From Chrysomallon squamiferum (taxonomy: Eukaryota; Animalia; Mollusca), in the NCBI GenBank assembly GCA_012295275.1, contig CM022679.1, positions 27,094,001 through 27,158,000 of the forward strand: a DNA stretch of 64,000 nt, written 5' to 3'. Below, in pieces: positions 25,993-37,507 of the stretch; positions within the stretch are counted from its first letter, which is position 1, and each line of letters opens with the position of its first letter. Under the pieces are notes generated by a model. That model saw nothing but the letters and a program-made list of their open reading frames with translations, searched no databases and was not told the DNA's origin. The translations under genes and the position numbers were made by a program.

Positions 25993-27201
25993 TCACTTGT
26001 ACATTACGAATATCGAAAACATGGTGGTAAGGAGACAGAAAAGGAAAACGACGAAAAACAGTTTATCCAGTGTTCTGCTCACTGACTTCCACGTGACCAC
26101 CTTGAACAGGGGTTTGTGTTTGAAAGCGAACGGATGAATCTGCCTCAGCTGTCTTTCGAATTTTATCTCAGTTTTCCCGAGCTTTTCGAACCACGTGATC
26201 ATCTGCACGCACCACGCGGGAACAGGACGAACCATTGGGTCGCGGTGAAACACACGAAGGGAGATAATCGCCAGAAAGACGTAGACGGCGTTCATCACTG
26301 TCATGGCGCCCACGAAAGCAGCAAGAATGGACGTCGTGTCCGAGGTCTTGGGTAGAATGTCGGTGACGTAGCCCAGGAGGACGGTGTAGGTGAGGAATCC
26401 GGTTATGGAAAAAGAAAGCTTCTCCCCCGATTCTGCCGAAACGAGGAAAACGAAGACGTTGAGGAAGGCCAGAATGAAAACCGGGACCAGAACGCTGAGA
26501 ATGAGATTGGACGGCTTTCTGGCCATGACGATGGAGATCTTGACAAAGGAGAATTCGAAACTGGAGTAGACGCGCAGTTCGCGTACGGCACTCGTGTTCA
26601 GAAGTTCCCACTCGCTGCTCTTCTGAAAAGCAGTGAGAGAGATGGCGTCCATTCGTGGGTACAAATCGACCGAATAGACTGGGTCCGACGACACGAAGAT
26701 GTCTATCGTACACGTCTGCGTGTCGAACGGAAACAGCGTCACGTCCATGTCGCAGTACGTTTCAAAGTTATCCGCAGGGAACCAGACCACTCTGCCGTCG
26801 CTGAAGACGTTGATGCTGTAGTCGGGGCTGAAAATGTTGTTGAACTGAACGGCATTCTTTATGGCTATGGTCGGCTTCCAGATCTCTCCAACATCCGGTT
26901 TCAGCTGGTTCGCTCCGCCGTAGAGGCTGGAATTCCATTTGAGGAATTCGTCGTACCAGCACAGTTCCAGGTAGCCAGACGTCTTCAGCGTCTGCGAATA
27001 TTCGACGTAGCCGTTAATGGACGTGAGAAAGAACGTTAGATAGACGGTGGTTGCGTTCTTCTGCTCCTGCGTCGGCCTGATTCGAGGATTGTTTTTCTCC
27101 AGGATGTCCCGATACAGATTCTGCATCTCTAACCGGTTTTGACTGCGACAAACTGAAACCAGCAAGCAAAAGAAAAATGATGTCCTCGCCAGTAAACTCA
27201 T
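25993..27201 (-). CDS. Cys-loop ligand-gated ion channel subunit with intronless CDS, divergent non-alpha nAChR-like (copy A), 402 aa
   Basis: Single ORF with a signal peptide, WYDEFLKW, IWKP, Cys-loop CDMDVTLFPFDTQTC, SSEWEL and four TM segments. SGEK precedes M2, LPKTS forms the M2-M3 loop and WKSVSRTLDK precedes M4. Loop C has no vicinal CC. Confidence 0.95.
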   Translation of the reverse strand: MSLLARTSFFFCLLVSVCRSQNRLEMQNLYRDILEKNNPRIRPTQEQKNATTVYLTFFLTSINGYVEYSQTLKTSGYLELCWYDEFLKWNSSLYGGANQLKPDVGEIWKPTIAIKNAVQFNNIFSPDYSINVFSDGRVVWFPADNFETYCDMDVTLFPFDTQTCTIDIFVSSDPVYSVDLYPRMDAISLTAFQKSSEWELLNTSAVRELRVYSSFEFSFVKISIVMARKPSNLILSVLVPVFILAFLNVFVFLVSAESGEKLSFSITGFLTYTVLLGYVTDILPKTSDTTSILAAFVGAMTVMNAVYVFLAIISLRVFHRDPMVRPVPAWCVQMITWFEKLGKTEIKFERQLRQIHPFAFKHKPLFKVVTWKSVSRTLDKLFFVVFLFCLLTTMFSIFVMYK

Positions 27202-27940
27202 TTTTTTTTACTCTAGTCCTCCTGATCACCTTTCGTGCAAAAAATATTTCGCTAAAAATGATTCGAGTATTGAAAATGTTTTAACGGGGATCAATGAACC
27301 CGTCTTGTTTTAGGGACAGGCTATACGTACACTCATAAACATGTACACCAAAAATAGTGTTATTCATAAAATGGCATAAACAAATCAATAACATGAAAAT
27401 TTAATGACCATATATCGGCAAATTTCCTTTGTCCAATGAAAGAATACGAAAGATTTATCGAGTTTATAAACTTTACACGTTGACAGTTGCCTTGACCATT
27501 GCATTCGTATTTTCATTGGTGCTAGAACAGAGAAGAGACACTCGAGCTGTATAAAAAAAAACCACAGTAGCAGAAATAATGGATCTGGTTAATACAGTTT
27601 TCATTGTTTTGTTTTCTTTGCATTCCAATAACCAATCGAAACCGAAGTACCTAAACATTTTGTAAACTCGTGTACATTGTGTAAACCTTTTTGTAATAGG
27701 TTTTTTGTACTTTACTGTTTTTTTATCATATTTGTATAAGGACTGTAATTCTTTTATTATGGTTCAGATGAAAAATCTACTTAACATAATTATCGACATT
27801 TTGTAAATAATAATGGCAGTACGTGTCTGATGGTTTTAATGGTGTTTTGTTAATGCAGTAGATATCAGTCATCATCATCATCATCATTATCATCACCACA
27901 TCTCTAGCATACCATTCGTTGTCTTCATGTCCTCGTCCTT

Positions 27941-28051
<111 letters not shown>

Positions 28052-28092
28052 CTTTGAGAGAGTATATGTTTGTTTCTGTGTGTATGTGTATC

Positions 28093-28124
<32 letters not shown>

Positions 28125-28333
28125 GTGTTTATATACTTTATTAAATACCATAGCTCTGATTCAGAATGGTTTCTTAAACTATAAAAATGTATAAAATTTA
28201 AATAAATTAATCGTTAATATTTTTGTGAATCAAATTCATCTACAACAAATCTGATTCATTTTTCAAATACTAATTATTTTAATAACATTAAATATTTATG
28301 AATGTGTTTATAATTATAAATTTTTAATTATTA

Positions 28334-28372
<39 letters not shown>

Positions 28373-29352
28373 TTTTTTTTTTTTTACCAGTTATATCAAA
28401 AACACGTATATGATTGAGGCATTGGCTTTTGACCGCTTTTCAAATATTTTCCACTGTTTAATGATACTAAGGATGATATCTACATTCGATATAATCATTA
28501 ATTCAACGTGTCCGAAATATGGGTCTTTATTTTTACATGTGGATTTCCTTTTTAAATTAATAATACATTAAAATGTATGAAGCAGTCACCAGCGCTGAAA
28601 GGGAAGAGAAACTTTATTATATTAAATCGATCGGCGTGTGAACTTTGAACTCTGGTTTCTTTGCACAGAATGAATCTTCCGGCTTTTTTAACTAAAGACT
28701 TCCATGCAGGGGAACAACTCAATGAGTCCATAGACTTACTTTTGTCAACAGAAAATAGGGTTAAAATGTTCGTTCATGAATTACTGGTGCATTGAAGAAG
28801 TAATTGCATCATGCACTTCCTTCGAAATTCAATACAAATTAGGACAACAAAAAAAGAAGAAGAAAAATGTATAGTTAACATATACAAGACTGGTTCAACC
28901 CGAAACACAAATCGATAATAATAATAATAAGAAGAAGAAGAAGAAGAAGAAGAAAACAACGAAGAAATGAACAACAACAACAACAACAACAACGACGATG
29001 ATAAAAATATTGAAATAATTACCCCAAGAATGAAAAATTTCATGGAATAATGTTTTGGGTATTTGGAGTTTATTTGTTGTTTTCTTTAGAGTCACTGCTA
29101 TGATATAATACATATTTAATTGTAAATAGTCACCTCCTTTGATTATAATGTCATGATGATGATGATGATGATGATGATAATAATAATAGAAGTAGCAGTA
29201 GTTGTTGTTGTCGTAGTGTAAATGTATATATATTTATGTACATATATATGTATATTTATATATATATATATACATAAATACATATACATATATGTATATA
29301 TACATATAATTGTATGTATGTATATAAAACATATATATATATCTATATAAAA

Positions 29353-29388
<36 letters not shown>

Positions 29389-30414
29389 ACGATTATATAT
29401 ATATATGTACATATAATCGTACTTTATGCATTCCTATTTTTATTTCTAATCAGACAGGCAACAATTCACATATACATTCAAAAGATTAGACGTATACACA
29501 GACGAATTTATTACAATCATATACAACAGAACAGACATATGTCTATACAGACAGATTATTGAGTGCCGTTTCAGTTTCCATAAAGATCGTGTATTCTCTT
29601 TTTACAAACAATAATTATATATGTGGAAATATGCTGAATGTATGCATGTATGAATTTATGAATGTGTATGTATGTATGTATATATGTATCTATGTAAGTA
29701 TGTATTTCCTCTGAAATCCCCAGTAAACAATAGCAAACAAACAAACAAAAAAAAACAAAACCCGAGCACCCCCGTAAAAAGCAACCTCACCCAAACAAGA
29801 AAAAACAAACAAAAAAGCAAACGTCAAAGTAATATAGTTATAAAACATTTATTTCGATTGTTATAATGCTATAATAATAAAAATAAATAAACATGTAATA
29901 TAAACGATATTAAATCTAAAAATAACTCAGGACACGGCATTTTGTAGGCATGTAATAAATTTTTTTTTAAATTATTAATAATAATAAATAAAAAATAAAG
30001 CGTTACATTATAAATTAATGTCTCATATATTGTCATAAGACGGTCGCAACTATTATTATACACATACATAGAAATTACTTTGATAACACGTGATTATTTC
30101 TGTACAGACATAGACTAAGCTGGGAAGAGTAGGGGCAACTTATTGTTTTCAAATTCGGGCGAAACTGTAAGGAAAAATTCTACACAGCAGGAAGAAATTT
30201 ATACTTTCGTTTTTACCTCTTTATAATCTTTAGCAAATGAACCCTTTCTGCGCCTTTCAACTTAACCAAAGATTTCCCCATACGCCCATTTATATACACA
30301 TAAGTAACATACATACATACATTTGTGGAGCATGGGTAACAAGCATACATATTTCTAAAGTTAATATATTTTTTAAATTAATTTTGTTATAAAGTTAAGA
30401 AATAGAACGAAGCG

Positions 30415-31620
30415 TTACATATAGAGCAAGAACAACGTGCACGTCGTTGTAGTCAAACTTGCGAAGAAGACGACGAACAAAACCTTATCGTAAGTCCTGC
30501 TGACGTTTTTCCACGTGACCGTTTTTACTGTCGGTCGCTGGCTGACAGTCAAACAACGTTTTGGCTTCAGTTCGTTGGGCTTCAGCTCAATTTTTCCGCA
30601 CCAGTCGAAAAACGACACCAGGCGGCCAACCCACGCGGGAACAGGATGGATTCTGTCGTCGCGGTGAAATATACGAAGGGAGATAATCGCGAGGAACACG
30701 TAGACGGCGTTCACGACGGTCATGGCGCCCACGAAGGCCGCCAGGATGGACGTCGTGTCAGACGTTTTGGGCAGCGCCTCCGTCACGAATCCCAGCAAGA
30801 CGGTGTAGGTGAGCAGTCCCGTTATGGAGAAGGATATCTTCTCGCCCGATTCGGCTGCCACGATGAAAACGAAGATGTTGAGGAAGGCGAGGATGAAGAC
30901 GGAGAGCAGAACGCTCATGATGAGGCTGGACGTCTTCCTATTGAGGGTCATGGACACGACGACGAAGGAGAACTCGAACTGCGAGTACTGGCGAACCTCG
31001 CGCACCACCGTCGTGTTCATCAGCTCCCATTCGTTGCTCTTCTGGAACGCCGTCAGCGAAATGTGGTCGATCTTCGGGTACAGGTCGACCACCGACAGCG
31101 GATCCGACGTGATGAAGAACTCGATGGTGCACGTCTGCGTGTCGAAGGGAAACATGGTGACGTCCATGCTGCAGTACGTCTCCAAGTCGTCCCTTGGATA
31201 CCAGACGACCAAACCGTTGCTAAGCAGGTTCATGCTGTACGCTGGGGACACCATTTTTTTGAAGTCCACCGCGTTCTTTACCGCTATGGCCGGCTTCCAC
31301 ATGTTTTTCGGATGAGGCTTCACGTTCGTAACTCCTCCGTACTCCGTTACGTTCCACGTGAGGAATTCGTCGTACCAGTCGAGCTCGAGGTACCCGCTTG
31401 TCTTCAGGGTCTGCGAGGCTTCGGCGTACCCGTTTATGGAGTTGAGAAAGTACGTGAGAAACACCGTCGTTTTCTTCGACTGCTCGACGACGGGCCGGAT
31501 TCTCGGGTTGTTTGACTTTATGATGTTTTCAAAAATCCTGTCTGCGTCCGAATTCGTTTGGCAGCTTGAAATAGAAATTTCGAGAAAAATCAGAAACAGT
31601 ATCTTCGACAGCGATCCCAT
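30415..31620 (-). CDS. Cys-loop ligand-gated ion channel subunit with intronless CDS, divergent non-alpha nAChR-like (copy B), ~401 aa
   Basis: Paralog of copy A, with Cys-loop CSMDVTMFPFDTQTC, SGEK and four TM segments. The start was placed at ATG 31620 (MGSLSKILFLIFLEISISSC signal peptide) by alignment with copy A. In-frame upstream ATGs exist up to 31677. Confidence 0.93.
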   Translation of the reverse strand: MGSLSKILFLIFLEISISSCQTNSDADRIFENIIKSNNPRIRPVVEQSKKTTVFLTYFLNSINGYAEASQTLKTSGYLELDWYDEFLTWNVTEYGGVTNVKPHPKNMWKPAIAVKNAVDFKKMVSPAYSMNLLSNGLVVWYPRDDLETYCSMDVTMFPFDTQTCTIEFFITSDPLSVVDLYPKIDHISLTAFQKSNEWELMNTTVVREVRQYSQFEFSFVVVSMTLNRKTSSLIMSVLLSVFILAFLNIFVFIVAAESGEKISFSITGLLTYTVLLGFVTEALPKTSDTTSILAAFVGAMTVVNAVYVFLAIISLRIFHRDDRIHPVPAWVGRLVSFFDWCGKIELKPNELKPKRCLTVSQRPTVKTVTWKNVSRTYDKVLFVVFFASLTTTTCTLFLLYM

Positions 31621-33342
31621 GTTGAAATGACAGTTCATCATTTTGTCGTCAGTTCTGTAGCTTTCTAACACACACATCCGCACATCGCCATTAACAACAC
31701 AACATCAGTGTCAGTGTCGAGTTTGCTAGGTGGTTTTTATCTTCTGATTTCTTAACCTTTTATTGCTGTTAATCTCGCTGTAGTTTCTTCCCTTCCTACA
31801 ACTGTTTCTTTTCTCCGCTCTGTTGTTGTCGTCGTGGTCTTCGACGTCGTTGCTTTTGACATCTCTTCTTCTGTCGTCAAAGTCTAGTTACCACACATTG
31901 TGACATCTGACAGCTCTCTCATGCTCAGCCTCGGTTCCAGTGAAGCCAGCTGAATAAAAATATCCCGCGGTGTTTACTTAAATAATAGAAAAAATGGAAA
32001 AAAAAAACCCCAACGTCTTCAGCAAATTGTCACCAATCAATCGACACGGTAAGCGTTTACTCACCGATATCAAGTAATAATAATAATAACAATAAAACGT
32101 ATTAATAAAATGCTAGCATGCAGTCGATATTGTGAGTGCTATGCGAAGACATGGGAAAGATCGTTAGCGAAAATCAATTGGTGTTATAAAGGCAAACAAG
32201 ACGGAAACATGAGTGATACCGAACGTGACATTTCAGTTCGGTTTCGTTAAATAACGCAAAGTGAAATAAAACTTACCAGACTCAACACTTGGTGAAAGAC
32301 AATGTTGCAAACGTTAATTTAGAAATCTGTGGTTTTGTTTGTTTGTTTGTTTATTTGTTTGTTTGTTTGTTTGTTTGTTTGTTTTTCTAATTTATTTATT
32401 TATTTGTATTTTAACTTTATAACATTAAAACTTACTTCGGCAGATAATACTTATCCAGTTTTTATGTTATTTTGTTTTCTGTCTATTGTATTTTTTATTT
32501 ATTTATTTATTTTGTCTCGTGTTTTTTTTTTTGTCTGTTGTATTGTTTTGTTTTGTCCATCTACTGTGCCTTTTTATTTGTTTTATTTTTTATCAATACT
32601 ATTCTAATGTTTTCTCCACATATTTTTTTATTCTTTTTTTTTTTTTTTTTTTTGTTTTTTTTTTTTCTAGTCTTGTTTTGATTTGTTTTGTTGTTTTGTT
32701 TGTTTTTCGTTTTGTTTTATTTGTTTAATGATTTGTATTTTTTGTCTGTAATTTTTCTGAAGATATGTTTATTCAAACCCAATCTCAAACAAAGACTGAG
32801 AAAAAAAAAAAGAAAAAAAAAAGAGAAACAGACAGAATGAAGTTAATAGAATAAATAATAATAATTAAAAAAATATATAATAAAAAAAAATAATAACAAA
32901 AATAAAATAAATAATAAAAAAGAAAAGAAAAGAAAATGAATTCAAAGAAGAAAAGAAGAAGAAACAAATAAGTCTGGGGAAAAAAAAGAAAAAAGTTTGA
33001 ACAGAAAACAATAAAAACTGCAATACCAGTATCATTATTTTATTTGCTTTACGGTTTCATTCATTTTTTTTTTTTTTGTTTGTTTGAAAAGAGCTTTTAG
33101 TGCAAATAAAGGATAAAAAATTTAAAAGAAAATGTGGCAATTCAAATATTTTGTAACAACTGCAGATCTAAAGTACAAATCGATGCGTATATGCATCTTT
33201 TTTTTAACTTGTCACTTTTATTGTGCAGTTAACAGTTGAGAAACCCCAATACAACACACACAAACAATCACTTAGAGACCGCTGATAATAAAGAAGATGG
33301 AGAACCTGGAGGAAGATTGAGGGTGTCCGTATCATCCTCATA

Positions 33343-33374
<32 letters not shown>

Positions 33375-33574
33375 AAGGTTCAGCAACCATTTTGAAATTC
33401 TTCTTTAGTGGATATCCAGGTAAGAATCATGTGGGAAAGTTTGTAGATAGTTTACTTCTACTTCTTGTCTTCATCATTATCATCATTATCTTCATCTTCT
33501 TCTTTTTCTTCTTATTCTTGTTGTTGTTGTTATTATTATTACTGTTACTGTTATTGTTATTATTATTATTGTTG

Positions 33575-33615
<41 letters not shown>

Positions 33616-33871
33616 GTATTTTCTGTTGTTGTTGTTGCTGCTATTTAGTTTTTGGTGTAAGACAGATATATATATATATATGAATTTACTTTATTACTAA
33701 CAAAGGTTGGTTTCTACAAATATTTAAAACTGTTATTTCGAAGACGACAGTTAACACCACCCACATGTTACGTACTTCAATAACACACAAAGGAAACAAA
33801 CAAACTCTAAGCACACACAACATAATTTAGTTTATTTGTTCAAACCACTACATCTACAAATTACTTACATA

Positions 33872-34305
33872 CAGTCAGACCACCTCTATCTTAAGATGCG
33901 ACATTTTCCTCTAAGTAACCTCTTACAGTTTTAAGTGATACCAGTCTTAACGTATCTTATTTGTATTTTCCACAGTCATTTAACATAGCAGAAACTTACC
34001 TAATATTATTCAACCACCTGCCTAAGGAGGCCATACTTCTATTATCGCTAATAATAGAATGTATAGCAAACTGTCTTAAGCAGGCAACTATCTTAAACGA
34101 TTTTTTTTTTTTTTCAATTCTCCAAAATCATCTAATATAACAAAAAATTGACGTGTATAAGACAATCACTTATCTTAAGTAACCCCTCTGTATATTCTCC
34201 TGCTATAGTTTAATACGGTTATCTTTGACCTTATTAAACACACCTGTCTAGCCCAACCACTTTTAATAAAAACCCTTTGATGCCTGTTTAAAACTGGTTC
34301 GACTG
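33872..34305. mobile_element. Degenerate Tc1/mariner-pogo-type MITE
   Basis: TA|cagtcagacc ... ggttcgactg|TA gives short TIRs with TA on both sides. Internal motifs of the form (c)acctg(t/c)ctaag / tcttaag recur several times. Confidence 0.55.
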
Positions 34306-35524
34306 TATCGGGGTATTTAGTCAGACACATCGATCCTCGTGTTCATTTACCCGGCAGCTGATTTTGCGTTCGATGAAGATCTGTGTCGTGATATTGTGAA
34401 CCGAGTCCCACATTAGAGATACTCTGAAAAACAAACCTCGGTATCGACGTCTTTATTGTGTGAGTATCGATCACCAATCAGCTCTTTGTCGTTTTTCAGT
34501 TTCTGCAATGAGAAACATGAATAAATATTTAGCCGTTGTTGCTGCACACTGTTTTATTATTCTTTTCTTTTTTTTTAATTTTATATATATATATAATTGA
34601 AACATTTATTTTTTTTTTGAATTTTTCATTATAAAAAAAAAAAAAAAAAAATTAATTTAATTTTTATTTATTTTTAAAAATAATTTATTAAAATAATCTG
34701 TAACTATTTTTAAATTGTATTTATTTATTTATTTATTACTTTTTACTTTTTTTTCTTCAGTCGATGAAATGCATTGACATGCACTGTTGACAAAAAAAAA
34801 AAAGAACAACACCCAAGAGTTGATCACATGCATGCACGAAAATCAATAAAATTAAATAAAATAAAATTTGCTGCTCCACTTGTGTTTGGATGTCGAGTTA
34901 AGGATGATGAAGTGATGAGTAAATCGATGGACACTGTTAAAGAAATACTGTAATTCAAAATCTATTGATCATTAACTGACGTAAGCTCGAACAATTGTTG
35001 CTTGGACTGTCAAAAGTTTCGGTTTTGCAACCGGTATAAACAGTCATGATAATGATAAATGATAAATGATGATGGTTATATTAATTATGATGACAGTGAT
35101 GATGATGATTGTTATTATGATTTCCTTGCCGATCCCAAGAATTAAGTGTTGCTAAATCTTGTGAAAGAAAAAAAAAAAAAAAACTGATTCAATTTGGTAA
35201 ATGTAAATAGAAGGCTGAAAACGTCCTAATATTCCACTTCTGTTTTGTCAGAAATGAATTATGAAAGTAATAACCTGAATTATGAAATGAATCACTGTGG
35301 ATGAAACAAATTAACCAACAAACAAACAAATGAATAAAAACTGGATTGGTCTTGATCAGCGCACATTATCTCCTGACAAGCTTCAACTTCAAAGTCAGAA
35401 AGCAAATTGAAAGATTGGAATTTTCTAGAAAAACTAAGCTGTTTAATGATAACAACAACAACAACAACAATAACTATAACTACAACGATATTCATAACAA
35501 TAAAGTAATGATAAAGGCAACAAC

Positions 35525-35581
<57 letters not shown>

Positions 35582-36300
35582 CATAATCATAATCATAATG
35601 ACAATGACAACGATGATGATGATGATAATACTAAATAATTATCACAAAAATAAAAAAATAATAATAAAAATAAATTAATTAATAAAAGAAAAGAAAAGAA
35701 AAAGAAAAAGAATTGAAAGACAACAAAAAAACAACCTGTTTTGCATACAGCACTCAGTTATATTTATCAATTTTCTACCATCGTATTCAGAGTCAAATAT
35801 CATGTTATGTCATTACTGATATATAACAAAAAAAATAATTTAAAAGTAAAAAAGAATAACCAACGCCAAAAGCAAATAATGAAAAGTAGCTACATTTTGA
35901 AAGCTAGTATTAAATAGGTTGTGCGTTTTTAAATTATTCAGAAAAGCAATTACTCTATAAAGACTGAGTCAAGTGTACCACAAAAAATGGATCAAACGTT
36001 TTTTCCCCCTAACCGGTTAGCTTAAAGAAGGAAGGGAAATAACTGCAAATATATTTTCGACGGAATTACTTGTACTCCTACTATTACTACCACCACCAGG
36101 ACTATTCAGCTACCCTCTGCTGCTACTACCACTATCACTACTACTATTACTACTACTGCTGCTACTGCTCAACACAATAAAACAACAACAACGACAACCA
36201 CGTCATTTCATCAACAGCAAAAATAATAAAGACAATAGTTATGATATAAAAAAACAACTACTACTACCAGCACTACACATTTATGCTACTACTACTAGTG

Positions 36301-36371
<71 letters not shown>
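36301..36371. repeat. (ATA)n microsatellite
   Basis: Uninterrupted trinucleotide run. Similar (AAT)/(ATT) runs occur at ~4134-4191, 21778-21823, 23991-24055, 57118-57186 and 58170-58240. Confidence 0.95.
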
Positions 36372-36372
<1 letters not shown>

Positions 36373-36948
36373 GAAAGAACAAATCTAATTATTTGTTTAA
36401 TTAATTTAGTTAATATTTAATACCGGCAATTATAAAATTTAAAAATAAATAACTAAACAACTACCTACCTACCTAACTAACTAACTAAAGATATAATAAA
36501 AAATGGTTGATATCTTTTGCCATAAGATACACCTAATAATAATTAAAATTAAATACTTTAGAGTGAAGACCAAAAATCTAGATACAACTTAAATAGGCTT
36601 CAGTGAATTTTATATAATGTAATTACATCACATTCGCTTCTCGGTATGGAGGCCAAGGTTCTGTGTAAGTTAGGACTGTTTTGCTACATTCTGGTGACAA
36701 ATAAAGTTTAAACGACCACAAATTTGTAAACTGGAATTGCTCGAGAGGACTCGATTTCTGACATATTTGTGAAAACACCTCCGTAACGATTGGCGATTCC
36801 CAGTCGACCGCAAAACAAACATGGCGGCCGAAGTTAAACATGGCGGTTGATTTCGGTCATGTTCGATTAACTGTGAAGATGTTCTCGACTGTCTAGATAA
36901 AACAAACACAGTGACAGGTGCAGATCTTGGAGTGTTTTTAAGGGGTAT

Positions 36949-36991
<43 letters not shown>

Positions 36992-37320
36992 TTTTTCGTC
37001 AGTGAACATGTATTTGTAAATGAAAAATTCATAATTTTGTATTAAATCGTGTAAATTTGGTATTTTGTAAAATTAGAAATACGTCAAAAATTTACCCACA
37101 TTTCACCGTAATTTTTCGAAACATTACTCGAAATGAGAAGTCTGTTTGTTGCTATATTTTATAAAATTATGTAGAACTAAAGCCATACATACAACGCTGC
37201 AGTGGTAACTAATTTGTTAAAATAATATTACATTATGTTTACGGCAGTCACGAATAACGATTCTCAAATTACCTTTTGAAGATCTAATATATAATTATAC
37301 AAAAAAACACACACACACAC

Positions 37321-37507
<187 letters not shown>

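Noticed and set aside
30646-31515. 289-aa plus-strand ORF, plus other overlapping ORFs at 26116-26355, 26168-26713 and 30809-31315
   Set aside because: Antisense or off-frame shadows of the GC3-rich channel CDSs. Codon bias removes stop codons, and no recognisable domain is present.
31621-31683. 21-aa N-terminal extension of channel copy B from the ORF track (GTG start)
   Set aside because: Non-ATG start. Alignment with copy A and signal-peptide position favour ATG 31620.
33392-33700. Many ORFs with poly-I/L/Y/S/ER/SL/MYVC runs across the window, some looking like membrane proteins
   Set aside because: These are translations of (ATT)n, (GA)n, (TAC)n and (TATG)n microsatellites.
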